Shown here: positions 55,146-64,000 of the stretch, one piece after another
Position numbering within the stretch: the first letter of the stretch is position 1
How the letters are laid out: each line of letters begins with the position of its first letter
From: Oscillospiraceae bacterium
Lineage (GTDB): Bacteria > Bacillota > Clostridia > Oscillospirales > QAMX01
Reading direction: 5' to 3'
Length of the DNA: 64,000 bases
Assembly (NCBI GenBank): GCA_015067675.1
Contig: SVMB01000003.1
Location: 7,594 to 71,593, forward strand
Program-made: the position numbers and the translations under genes
Notes under the pieces: generated by a model
Told to the model about the DNA's origin: nothing
Seen by the model: the letters and a program-made list of their open reading frames with translations, nothing else
The model's database searches: none

Positions 55146-55888
55146 TTTGCCGCCTCCTCTGTGTTTTCGGCGTCCTCAGCCGTGTTATTATCCTCAATCG
55201 GGAAGAAAATCGCACCTGCAGCGGACGCCGCCACAGCACAGATGATGATTGTGATCGCCTCGGAGAGTGAGTTGAGTACCGGAGCCCAGGTCATCAGGCA
55301 GGAAAGTCCCACGGCGATGAGTACCACGATCAGCACCCGCCGGTCACGCTTTGCCGGCGGCAGAATGATCGCCAGGAACATGCCGTAGAGCGCAAGGCCC
55401 ATCACCGACGTCACAAACGTCGGCAAAAGCGTGCCGGCCGTTGCACCCAGGAACGTACCAAGACTCCAGCCTATGTAGGGCAGCGTCATCAGACCCAGGA
55501 AATAGATCTTGCCGACGAGTCCCGGCTGACCGGAGGCCACCGCAAATATCTCATCGGTATTGGCAAATGCCATCCAGAGCCGGTCGATGAAACGCACACT
55601 GGGATGCAGCTTCTGCGACAGTGACAGCGACATCAGCGCATAGCGCAGGTTGATGACCAGTTGCGCCGTGGCAAGCTCCCAGAGTCCGCCGCCGCCCACC
55701 ATGACCAGCAGGCCTGCAAACTGTCCTGCCGAGGTCAGATTCGTCATCGAAATGAGCAGGGAACCCAGCACCGGCAGTCCCTGCGCCACTGCCATCATGC
55801 CGAAGGTGAAGGATACCGAAAGGTACCCGAGGCCGATAGGGATACCGTGCCGCAAACCCGTACGATAATCGTTCTGGAACCGTTCCAT
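55142..55888 (-). CDS. azlC: AzlC branched-chain amino acid permease
   Basis: GIPIGLGY, SAGQF, INLRY.LMS, TDEIFA. Confidence 0.9.
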   Translation of the reverse strand: MERFQNDYRTGLRHGIPIGLGYLSVSFTFGMMAVAQGLPVLGSLLISMTNLTSAGQFAGLLVMVGGGGLWELATAQLVINLRYALMSLSLSQKLHPSVRFIDRLWMAFANTDEIFAVASGQPGLVGKIYFLGLMTLPYIGWSLGTFLGATAGTLLPTFVTSVMGLALYGMFLAIILPPAKRDRRVLIVVLIAVGLSCLMTWAPVLNSLSEAITIIICAVAASAAGAIFFPIEDNNTAEDAENTEEAAK

Positions 55889-55994
55889 GATTTCTTTTTC
55901 TCTCCTGTCTGTCCCGCACACGTCGATTCTTGACGCGCCCGGCGCTTTATGGTACTATAACGGTATACACCGATGCTATAGGGAGGTTTTTGAT

Positions 55995-56528
55995 ATGCTC
56001 ATTACTTCTGCCCAGGCCGAATCCGCTGCCATCCTGCAGGCAGTTCAGGCCATGGCCGCCGCGGCACGCACCGCCCCCAAGACCCGCGGCTGGGATTATA
56101 TGCACACGCTCATCGTCACCGGCGACGATATTGAAACGCTGGCAGCCGAAATGGATCGTCTGTCCGCCGCTATGGATGCGCCGTCCTTTGCCCGCGATGC
56201 CGGGAACCTGCGCAAATGCGGCGCAGTGCTGCTCATCGGCGTGGAAAACGTCAGCTACGGCCTGTCCGAGCGCTGCCAGTACTGCCACTATGAAAGCTGC
56301 GCCGCCCGCGAAGCCACCGACGGCGTCTGCGTCTACCCGTCCATCGATCTGGGCATTGCCATCGGCTCGGCGGTCAGCGTCGGCGCCGATCTGCGCATGG
56401 ACAGCCGCGTGATGTACTCGGTGGGCAAGGCTGCGGCAAGTCTTGGCTGGCTCGGTGAAAAGGTATTCCTGCAGATGGGTATTCCGATCTCGGTCAGCGG
56501 CAAATCGCCGTTTTTCGACCGCAAATAA
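55995..56528 (+). CDS. DUF2148 ferredoxin-like protein
   Basis: AARTAPK, CQYC...C, DLGIAIGSA, DSRVMYSVG, KSPFFDR; TTGACG-N17-TACTAT promoter at 55930-55958. Confidence 0.85.
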   Translation: MLITSAQAESAAILQAVQAMAAAARTAPKTRGWDYMHTLIVTGDDIETLAAEMDRLSAAMDAPSFARDAGNLRKCGAVLLIGVENVSYGLSERCQYCHYESCAAREATDGVCVYPSIDLGIAIGSAVSVGADLRMDSRVMYSVGKAAASLGWLGEKVFLQMGIPISVSGKSPFFDRK

Positions 56529-56535
56529 GGGATGT

Positions 56536-56568
56536 AAAAGGGTGACCGGGAGGTCACCCTTCTCTTTT
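56536..56568. terminator. Bidirectional terminator
   Basis: AAAAGGGTGACC-GGGA-GGTCACCCTT. Confidence 0.75.
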
Positions 56569-56572
56569 GTCT

Positions 56573-57055
56573 TCAGAGGGAGGCGCGGTGCTCGACCAGC
56601 CAGGTATCCTGCCAGCGCCCGAATTTATTGCGTGCATACCGTTCCCGGTATCCGACAACGCGGAAGCCGCAGCCAAGGTGCAACTGCAGGCTCGCCTCGT
56701 TATCCTTGAAAATCGTGGACTGCAGCGTCCAGAAACCTGCCTCCTGCGAGGTTTTGATCAGACAATTCATCATTTCCCGGCCGATTCCCTGGCGGCGGCG
56801 TTCCAGATCCACGTAAATACTGACCTCCGCCACGCCGTTGAACACCGGCCGCGGTGAGATGGGCGTCAGCGCCGTCCAACCAACGATTTGGCCTTCATCC
56901 ACCGCCACCAGACGGCAGACTTTATGATGCACACGATCCCAGCTCTCCCAGTCGGGGCAGAACGTATGGAACGTGTAGAGCCCTGTTTCGATGCTCATGG
57001 CGAAAATCCGGCTCACCTGCGGCCAGTCGCTTTCCGTCATAGCCCGTACAAGCAT
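56573..57055 (-). CDS. GNAT N-acetyltransferase (YncA/phosphinothricin AT-like)
   Basis: AEVSIYV, RRQGIG, NEASLQLH..CGF, VGYRE. Confidence 0.9.
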   Translation of the reverse strand: MLVRAMTESDWPQVSRIFAMSIETGLYTFHTFCPDWESWDRVHHKVCRLVAVDEGQIVGWTALTPISPRPVFNGVAEVSIYVDLERRRQGIGREMMNCLIKTSQEAGFWTLQSTIFKDNEASLQLHLGCGFRVVGYRERYARNKFGRWQDTWLVEHRASL

Positions 57056-57277
57056 ATATGTTCTCCTTAATCAATAGAAATCTACTGTAACATTGTAACG
57101 GTATTTGACCCTGATTGCAAGTGGCGTCCGGCCGAATTTTACTCTTCCTTCCATATCTTTTTTACGCAAAACCACAACTTATCCGTTTTTCTCTTGCAAA
57201 ACCGCCTAATTGGGGGTATCATAAAGAAGGCGGGACTCTCAACCTGCCACCCTCTATCCAATCTTCCGGAGGTTTCT

Positions 57278-59188
57278 ATGAAATACGGCTTCATCCGCGC
57301 TGCGGCGGCAGCGCCTGCGCTGTCTCTTGCCAACTGTCCCCAAAATGCCCGCGCAATCATCGATTGCATGAAAAAAGCCTGCCATGAGGGCGTACGTTTT
57401 CTGGTATTGCCCGAGCTTTGCATCACCGGTTACACCTGCGGCGACCTGTTTTTGCAGAAAACTCTGCTCGACGCCGCCGAGGAAGCTCTGCTGACCATTC
57501 TGCGTGAAACCGCAGATCTTGATATGCTCACGGCTGTCGGTCTGCCTCTGCGCATCACCGGCAAGCTCTACAACTGTGCCGCTGTCTGCCACAAGGGCCG
57601 TCTCCTCGGCATCATCCCCAAGACCCATCTGCCAAATTACGGTCCCTTTGCCGAGCTTCGTCACTTCGTCCCCGCGCCCGATGCTACCCTTGACATCGGC
57701 TTTCACGGCATGACCGTACCCTTTGGCACAAAGCTCCTCTTCACCATGCGGGATCTGCCCGCTTTCACCGCCGCGTTTGAGATCTGTGAGGATCTCTGGG
57801 CTCCCAATTCTCCCTCCACTGCCCATGCAATGGCAGGCGCCACCCTCATCGGCAATCTCTCCGCCAGTCCCGAGACCGTCGGCAAGGATGACTGGCGCCG
57901 CACGCTGGTCACCTCCCAGAGCGCAAAACTCCAGTGCGCCTATATCTATGCCGATGCAGGCCTGGGTGAGAGCAGCACCGATCTTGTCTTTGCCGGTCAT
58001 AATCTCATCGCCGAGGACGGCCTGATCCTTTCTGAATCTCTGCCTTTCGGCGCAGGCTATGCCGCCGCAGAGATCGATGTGGACAAGCTCACCTACGAGC
58101 GTATGCGTGTCAGCAGCTTCAATGTCTGCCCCGATTCCGGCTACACCCGCGTGTACTTCGACATGGCGCTTACCGATACCGGCCTCACCCGCGCTCCCTC
58201 CCGCCATCCCTTCATTCCCGAGGATATGCAGGAGCGTGAGCGCCGCTGCGAGATGATCCTGAACATCCAGGCAGCAGCCCTGGCCCGCCGCATTGAGCAC
58301 GCCTATGCCAAAACCGCCGTCGTCGGTATCTCCGGCGGTCTTGACTCCTGCCTTGCACTTCTTGTAGCCGTGCGCGCCATGGAACGTCTGGGCAGACCTG
58401 CCTCCGACGTGCTGGCCGTCACCATGCCCTGCTTCGGTACCACCAAACGCACCCGCTCCAATGCCGAAATTCTCACGCTGGAGCTGGGCGCCCAGCTTCG
58501 CTGCATCGACATCGCCGCCGTCGTCAATCAGCACTTTGCCGACATCGGCCACGATCCCGACAATCACAACGTGGTCTTTGAAAACGCTCAGGCCCGTGCC
58601 CGTACCTATATCCTGATGGATCTGGCCAACCAGACCGGCGGTATGGTCATCGGCACCGGTGATCTCTCCGAGCTTGCGCTGGGCTGGGCGACCTACAACG
58701 GCGACCATATGTCCATGTACGGCGTCAATGCCTCCGTTCCCAAGACCCTCATCCGCTGCATCGTGCGCCACTGCGCCGAAAAGGCAGCCTCCGAAACCCT
58801 GCGCCGTGTGCTCATCGACATCGTGGACACCCCGGTCAGTCCTGAACTCCTGCCGGTGGACGAGGGTAAGATGACCCAGATCACCGAGGACATCGTGGGA
58901 CCCTATGAGCTGCACGATTTCATCCTGTTCTACGCGCTTCGCTACGGATTTACCCCGTCGAAGGTCTTTTATCTCCTCTGCGCGGCATTTGAAGGAACCT
59001 ATGATCGTGAAACCCTCAAGAAATGGCTCTGCAACTTCTACCGCCGCTTCTTCATCCAGCAGTACAAACGCTCCTGTCTGCCCGACGGCCCTGCAGTCGG
59101 TTCCATCGGCGTCTCTCCCCGCGGCGGCTGGATGATGCCGAGTGATGCACAGATGGCGCTCTGGCACAGCGAGGCTGAGAGTCTATGA
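57278..59188 (+). CDS. nadE: Glutamine-dependent NAD+ synthetase
   Basis: Nitrilase domain PELCITGY, K..LPNY, EICEDLW; synthetase GISGGLDS, ENAQAR, GTGDLSE, KRSCLPDGP. Confidence 0.97.
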   Translation: MKYGFIRAAAAAPALSLANCPQNARAIIDCMKKACHEGVRFLVLPELCITGYTCGDLFLQKTLLDAAEEALLTILRETADLDMLTAVGLPLRITGKLYNCAAVCHKGRLLGIIPKTHLPNYGPFAELRHFVPAPDATLDIGFHGMTVPFGTKLLFTMRDLPAFTAAFEICEDLWAPNSPSTAHAMAGATLIGNLSASPETVGKDDWRRTLVTSQSAKLQCAYIYADAGLGESSTDLVFAGHNLIAEDGLILSESLPFGAGYAAAEIDVDKLTYERMRVSSFNVCPDSGYTRVYFDMALTDTGLTRAPSRHPFIPEDMQERERRCEMILNIQAAALARRIEHAYAKTAVVGISGGLDSCLALLVAVRAMERLGRPASDVLAVTMPCFGTTKRTRSNAEILTLELGAQLRCIDIAAVVNQHFADIGHDPDNHNVVFENAQARARTYILMDLANQTGGMVIGTGDLSELALGWATYNGDHMSMYGVNASVPKTLIRCIVRHCAEKAASETLRRVLIDIVDTPVSPELLPVDEGKMTQITEDIVGPYELHDFILFYALRYGFTPSKVFYLLCAAFEGTYDRETLKKWLCNFYRRFFIQQYKRSCLPDGPAVGSIGVSPRGGWMMPSDAQMALWHSEAESL

Positions 59189-59655
59189 ATATCCGCATTC
59201 TGACGGTTGGCAAGTTAAAAGAGAAAGCCTATCTTTCCCTCTGCGACGAATATGTGAAGCGTCTGTCGGCCTTCGGCACGGTAACGCTGACCGAACTGCC
59301 CGAGGCAAGGCTCCCCGACGATCCGAGCCAGGCGCAGATTGACGCGGCTCTTGCCGACGAAGCGGCGCGCATCCGGAAGCTGATTCCATCGGGCGCGTTT
59401 GTGACAGCGCTGTGCGTGGAAGGAAAAGAGCTTTCCAGTCCCGAGCTTGCCGAGAAAGTTGCCGGCGTGCAGAACGCCAACATGTGCTTTCTCATCGGCG
59501 GCTCCAACGGTCTGGATGAAGGATTGAAGCGGGAAGCAAACCTGCGCCTGTCCTTTTCCCGGATGACCTTTCCCCATCATCTCTTCCGGGTAATGCTTCT
59601 GGAGCAGGTCTACCGGGCATTCATGATCAACGCCGGTAAAAAATACCATAAGTAA
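59185..59655 (+). CDS. rlmH: 23S rRNA pseudouridine-1915 N3-methyltransferase
   Basis: VGKLKE, EYVKRL, FLIGGSNG, MTFPH, LEQVYRA, YHK. Confidence 0.96.
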   Translation: MNIRILTVGKLKEKAYLSLCDEYVKRLSAFGTVTLTELPEARLPDDPSQAQIDAALADEAARIRKLIPSGAFVTALCVEGKELSSPELAEKVAGVQNANMCFLIGGSNGLDEGLKREANLRLSFSRMTFPHHLFRVMLLEQVYRAFMINAGKKYHK

Positions 59656-59661
59656 ACCTTC

Positions 59662-59697
59662 AAGGGCTCGCTGCAATCGCTGCAGCGAGCCCTTTTT
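59662..59697. terminator. Terminator between rlmH and spoVAE
   Basis: AAGGGCTCGCTGCA..TGCAGCGAGCCCTTTTT. Confidence 0.8.
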
Positions 59698-59706
59698 ATT
59701 GCCGAT

Positions 59707-60060
59707 TCACTTCGCCTTCGGCTTGCACACCAGTGCAAAGAGATACCCGAAGATCACGCTGGCGGTGATGCCCGCAGCGGCGGCCTTCACACCGCCGGTG
59801 AAAGCTCCCAGCAGCCCCTTCTCCGCCACCGCTTCCCTGACACCGGTGGCCAGCGTATGCCCAAAACCTGTCAGAGGAATTGTCGCGCCTGCCCCTGCCC
59901 ACTCTGCCAGCGGTTTATAAAGCCCCAGTCCGCTGAGCACAATACCGCCGATGACGTAGGATACCAGAATCCGCGCCGGTGTGAGTTTTGTCCGGTCGAT
60001 GAGAAGCTGTCCGATCACACACAGCACGCCGCCCACCAGAAAGGCTTTTACATAGTCCAT
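59707..60060 (-). CDS. spoVAE: Stage V sporulation protein AE(b)
   Basis: AFLVGG.LC.IGQLL.D.TKLTP, GAGAT.PLTGFG. Confidence 0.93.
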   Translation of the reverse strand: MDYVKAFLVGGVLCVIGQLLIDRTKLTPARILVSYVIGGIVLSGLGLYKPLAEWAGAGATIPLTGFGHTLATGVREAVAEKGLLGAFTGGVKAAAAGITASVIFGYLFALVCKPKAK

Positions 60061-60071
60061 GGCTCTCCTCC

Positions 60072-61076
60072 CTAATACTCAATGCACACCAGATGACAAA
60101 TTCCCGGGATACTCTCGCCCTGCTGGGTGGATACCGGGCTCATCAGTGCGCCGGTTCCGGCAAAGAGTACCCGTCTCCACCGACGCTTGCGCATACCACC
60201 CAGCACATGACAGCACAGAACCACCGATCCGCAGCCGCAGCCGGAGCCTCCCGCATGGGTATCCTGCCGCGCACCGTCATAGATCATCGAGCCGCAGTCA
60301 TCGTAGCGTGCGCCCAGATCCGTCCCCTCGTCGGCAAACAGATCCACAAGCAGCTGCTTGCCCACATTTCCCAGGTCGCCGGTGAGAATCAGGTCGTAAT
60401 CCGCCGGTTTGGTATCGGTATCGGCAAAGAACGCTTTCAGCGTATCATGCGCCGCAGGCGCCATGGCAGCACCCATGTTGTTTGCATCGTTGATGCCGAA
60501 GTCCACGATCTTCCCCAGGCAGACCTTCGTGATACGCGGGCCGTCGCCGCAGGCTTTGAGGATCGCGGCACCAGCGCCCGTCACCGTCCACTGTGCCGTC
60601 GGTGTGCGCTGCCCGCCGTATTCCAGCGGAAAACGATACTGCCGCTCCGCCGAGCAGAAATGGGAGGACGAGACCGCAGCCGCGCAGTCCACAAAGCCGC
60701 CGTCAATGGCAAGTGATGCCAATGACAGCCCCTCCGCCATCGTGGAACAGGCGCCGTAAAGTCCCAGAAACGGTGCATTTCGTCCCCGCACGGCAAATGC
60801 CGAGGCGATACACTGATTGATCAGGTCGCCGGCAAAGATCAGCTCCAGCTCCGGCTCTGCACAGCCTGCCTTGGCAAGCGCCCGGTCAAGCGCGTCGCGC
60901 TGCATACGGCTCTCGGCCTTTTCCCAGCTCTTTTCGCCAAACGTATCATCCGACGATACGTAGTCAAACTCCAGCGGTCCCTCCCCTTCCTTCTTTCCGA
61001 CGACGGAGGCAAACCCTGCCAGCGTTACGGGATTTGACAGTAAAAAGCTCTGATTCCCCAGTTTTTTGACAGCCAT
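60072..61076 (-). CDS. spoVAD: Stage V sporulation protein AD
   Basis: EGEGPL, SWEKAE, GDLINQ, AERQYRFPLEYG, MGAAMAPAA, GGSGCGC. Confidence 0.96.
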   Translation of the reverse strand: MAVKKLGNQSFLLSNPVTLAGFASVVGKKEGEGPLEFDYVSSDDTFGEKSWEKAESRMQRDALDRALAKAGCAEPELELIFAGDLINQCIASAFAVRGRNAPFLGLYGACSTMAEGLSLASLAIDGGFVDCAAAVSSSHFCSAERQYRFPLEYGGQRTPTAQWTVTGAGAAILKACGDGPRITKVCLGKIVDFGINDANNMGAAMAPAAHDTLKAFFADTDTKPADYDLILTGDLGNVGKQLLVDLFADEGTDLGARYDDCGSMIYDGARQDTHAGGSGCGCGSVVLCCHVLGGMRKRRWRRVLFAGTGALMSPVSTQQGESIPGICHLVCIEY

Positions 61077-61078
61077 GC

Positions 61079-61522
61079 TTATCCTCCCAGTCCGAACAGA
61101 ATCAGGATCAGCCCGTAGACCACCGAAAAGCTGATGCCAAAGACCAGTACCGGCCCCGCGATGGTGAACATCTTGGCGCTCATGCCCATGACATAGCCTT
61201 CGCTTTTGTATTCCAGCGCTGCCGAGACGATGGCATTGGAAAAGCCGGTGATCGGCACCAGTGTACCGGCGCCTGCGTATTTGGCAAGCTTATCATAAAG
61301 CCCCAGCCCCGTGAACAGCGCTCCCAGAAAGATCATCGACGCGCTGGTAGCCCCTGCAGCATCCGTATCCTGCAGCCCCGCCAGCTTCCACAGGTTGAGA
61401 ATCAACTGTCCCACTGTACAGATCGCGCCGCCGATGAGAAAAGCGCAGATGAGATTGCGCACCATCGGGGATTTTGGCGCGCGCGTATCCGCAAATGCCT
61501 TATAGTTTTGTTGGTTAATCAT
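61079..61522 (-). CDS. spoVAC: Stage V sporulation protein AC
   Basis: AFLIGG.IC..GQ, AGAGT.VPITGF, EG.VMG...MF.IAGPV. Confidence 0.95.
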   Translation of the reverse strand: MINQQNYKAFADTRAPKSPMVRNLICAFLIGGAICTVGQLILNLWKLAGLQDTDAAGATSASMIFLGALFTGLGLYDKLAKYAGAGTLVPITGFSNAIVSAALEYKSEGYVMGMSAKMFTIAGPVLVFGISFSVVYGLILILFGLGG

Positions 61523-61561
61523 GAAAATACCCCTCATATTCCGGATTATTCACTGTAAAGG

Positions 61562-61590
61562 CAGTATGTACCGTTTGGCGGCGGATATGC
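61562..61590 (-). promoter_or_regulatory. Forespore sigmaG-type promoter of spoVA
   Basis: Minus strand GCATA-N17-CATACTG resembles the sigmaG consensus; spoVA is a known sigmaG target. Confidence 0.7.
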
Positions 61591-61643
61591 AGGAATATCT
61601 TTCATTTTGTGTGTTATGTTTACTATTTTATGGTTATCCGTGT

Positions 61644-61682
61644 AAAAAGCCGCCTGTGAAAACGTTGTTTCACAGGCGGCTT
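61644..61682 (-). terminator. Terminator after ruvX
   Basis: AAAAAGCCGCCTGTGAAA..TTTCACAGGCGGCTT. Confidence 0.8.
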
Positions 61683-61725
61683 ACCTTATATCAGCCTGAA
61701 TATGCGTGAAATATGAGCTTATCCG

Positions 61726-62145
61726 TTACTTCTGCATCCGGGCGAAGTCCAGATAGCTTTCCAGAATCAGCGATGCGGCGACTGCATCCACCAGAGCCTT
61801 CTGCTTCTTCTTTTTCTTGCCCGCATCGGAGAGGATTTTGTTCGCACCGACACTGGACAGGCGCTCATCCCACAGTACCGTGGGAATCCCGCTCTGCTCA
61901 CCCAGCTTTTCGGCAAACACTGCGCTCTTCTCGGCCCGGAATCCCTCTGTGCCGTTCATATTCACAGGTCTGCCCACGACGATGCGCTCCACGTTACGGG
62001 CTTTTGCCCACTCGGTCACGGCATCCAGCACCTTCTGCACGTCGCGCTCATGCAGCACCGTGGTTTCACCGGTTAAGAATCCGGTCGGATCGGAAACGGC
62101 AAGTCCGGTACGGGCGTCGCCGAAGTCAACAGCCAGAATCTTCAT
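61726..62145 (-). CDS. ruvX: YqgF/RuvX pre-16S rRNA nuclease (putative Holliday junction resolvase)
   Basis: ILAVDFGDARTGLAVSD, VVG.P.NMNG, WDERLSS, VDAVAA..IL..YLD. Confidence 0.95.
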   Translation of the reverse strand: MKILAVDFGDARTGLAVSDPTGFLTGETTVLHERDVQKVLDAVTEWAKARNVERIVVGRPVNMNGTEGFRAEKSAVFAEKLGEQSGIPTVLWDERLSSVGANKILSDAGKKKKKQKALVDAVAASLILESYLDFARMQK

Positions 62146-62148
62146 CGA

Positions 62149-64000
62149 TTACATCTCCGCACGGTAGTGGTTGATGAGGCAGCCGCGCAGGATGATCGTG
62201 CGCTCTTCCTCGGTGAGCGTGGGCAGAGTCAGGGTAATCTCACGCTTGGCGTCGCCGTCGAGGACGGTGGCCTTCACGGTCGTCTCACCCTTTTCAAGGA
62301 TCGCACGGATACCGGGGATATAGATCCAGGCGTCATTGGAGAAACTGCCGATCTCTTCCTCGCAGGTGAAGGGCAGCATACCCCAGTTGATAAGGTTGGA
62401 GCGATAGCGCTTGGTGGCATACTCGCGGGCGATGTTGGCGCATCCGCCCAGCACACGCTGGCAGGAGGCAGCCTGCTCACGGGCAGAGCCGTCGCCGGGC
62501 TTCACAGCGCAGACTACGCTGCCGATACCGGTGGATGCAACAGCGTCTGCAGCACCCAGCTTTGCCAGGGCGGCCTTCACTTCTTCGGTATCGCTGCCAT
62601 TGACGCGGGCTTCGTCGTAACCACGGATGCGCTTGGCGCGGCCGACGTACTCCGGATCGCGGCGGGACAGTGCAAACTCGGCCAGCTTATGGGGATTGGA
62701 GCGGTAGGAGGACGTCTCACCGGAAGGAATCAGCTCGTCGGTGGTGGTGACGGGATCGGTGATGACGCTGGCGACCTGCAGCAGCAGGTTCTCGGTCAGC
62801 TCATGCTGCTCGGGCCAGTCGGTGATGTTGGGACCCAGCACGAGAGCGGCATCACGGTCGGCCTTACCCCAGGCGTCAAAGACGCGGGCTTCATAGGGAG
62901 CGGAATCGTAGCTGTAGGTACCGATGGATTCCTGCATGGGCTCATCGGTAGCGGCGGTAAGCAGACCGCCGTTGGCTGCGGTGGCGGCAATGGAACGGGC
63001 GTCCATCAGGGCAACCAGAGAGAGCTGGCCGTTTGCAGGCTTGGAGCCCTCGCGGTTGGGGAAGTTACGGGTGGTATGGCGCAGGGAGAAACCGTTATTG
63101 GCAGGGGTATCACCGGCGCCGAAGCAGGGACCGCAGAAAGCGGTCTTCATGGTCACACCGGCGGCGCAGATTTCGGCAGCGGCGCCGTTCTTCAGCAGTT
63201 CCATGAACACGGGCTGGCTCGCGGGATAGGCCGAAATATCAAAGCCATCGGCGCCCACGCTCTTACCGCGCAGGGCATTGGCCAGCGCCATCAGGTTTTC
63301 ATAGCTGCCGCCGGCGCAGCCTGCGATGATACCCTGATCGGCACGCAGACGGCCGTTCTCGAGCTTGGAAACCAGGTCGAGCTTGACCTTGGGGAACTGC
63401 GCACGGGCCTCTTCTTCCACCTTGTGCAGAAGATCGGCGGCATTGGCGTTGAACTCATGAATGGTATAGGCATTGGAAGGATGGAAGGGCAGCGCGATCA
63501 TGCTCTCCACGCGGGAGAGGTCAACCATGAGCATGCCGTCATAGAGTGCAACGCGGGCGGGCTTGAGCTCACGGTACTCATCCTCACGGCCGTGCATGGC
63601 CAGATACTTCCGGGTGGTCTCGTCGGTCTCCCAGATGGAGGACAGGCAGGTGGTCTCGGTGGTCATGACGTCGATGCCGTTGCGGTAGTCCATGCTCAAG
63701 TGGCGGATGCCAGGGCCGATGAACTCCAGGATCTTATTCTTGACAAAGCCGTCCTTAAAGACCTCGCGGATGATGGCCAGCGCCACGTCCTGCGGGCCGA
63801 CGCCGGGCCGGGGCTTTCCGTTGAGGTGAACGGCAATGACCTCGGGACGGTCGATATCGTAGGTGCGGTTGCACAGCTGCTTTGAAAGCTCGGGGCCGCC
63901 TTCACCGATGGACAGCGCGCCCAGCGCACCGTAACGGGTATGGCTGTCGGAGCCCAGAATCATCTTGCCAACGCCTGCCATGCGCTCGCGCATGTACTGG
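62149..64000 (-). CDS. Aconitase-family hydratase (YbhJ-like), 5' end outside window
   Basis: [48 protein letters not shown]. Confidence 0.92.
   Translation of the reverse strand, partial: QYMRERMAGVGKMILGSDSHTRYGALGALSIGEGGPELSKQLCNRTYDIDRPEVIAVHLNGKPRPGVGPQDVALAIIREVFKDGFVKNKILEFIGPGIRHLSMDYRNGIDVMTTETTCLSSIWETDETTRKYLAMHGREDEYRELKPARVALYDGMLMVDLSRVESMIALPFHPSNAYTIHEFNANAADLLHKVEEEARAQFPKVKLDLVSKLENGRLRADQGIIAGCAGGSYENLMALANALRGKSVGADGFDISAYPASQPVFMELLKNGAAAEICAAGVTMKTAFCGPCFGAGDTPANNGFSLRHTTRNFPNREGSKPANGQLSLVALMDARSIAATAANGGLLTAATDEPMQESIGTYSYDSAPYEARVFDAWGKADRDAALVLGPNITDWPEQHELTENLLLQVASVITDPVTTTDELIPSGETSSYRSNPHKLAEFALSRRDPEYVGRAKRIRGYDEARVNGSDTEEVKAALAKLGAADAVASTGIGSVVCAVKPGDGSAREQAASCQRVLGGCANIAREYATKRYRSNLINWGMLPFTCEEEIGSFSNDAWIYIPGIRAILEKGETTVKATVLDGDAKREITLTLPTLTEEERTIILRGCLINHYRAEM

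Noticed and set aside
59630-59700. rlmH (orfX) 3' end as an integration hotspot
   Set aside because: The site is empty: a terminator and spoVAE follow directly, with no recombinase or duplicated att sequence
57254-63885. Long antisense ORFs (637 aa over nadE, 572 aa over the hydratase) and similar ones elsewhere
   Set aside because: Expected from high GC3 bias; the opposite strand has clearly recognisable genes

Overview
Chromosomal backbone of a fairly GC-rich, endospore-forming Clostridia-like firmicute (spoVAC-AD-AE with a sigmaG-type promoter, a T-box riboswitch, an Oscillospirales-like gene set); the taxonomy is inferred from gene content. About 53 CDS. Housekeeping genes include metA, nadE, rlmH, ruvX, thiN, a def-like gene, azlCD and an aconitase-family hydratase. 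There is a galactonate-type kinase-aldolase-dgoD operon, two MATE paralogs, a two-component system, an FHA-SEDS fusion and many apparently cytoplasmic glycosidase-like or orphan catabolic enzymes. I saw no rRNA, tRNA, CRISPR array, transposase, integrase or prophage. The most notable observations are (1) a complete, probably leucine-specific T-box controlling a TIM-barrel/acyl-CoA-ligase fusion, which suggests branched-chain acid salvage for amino-acid synthesis, and (2) several structured non-coding elements: a mosaic repeat whose modules are reshuffled between two loci, a REP doublet with compensatory substitutions, and a 127-bp element bounded by inverted repeats. Product calls come from motif recognition by eye; no database searches were run.
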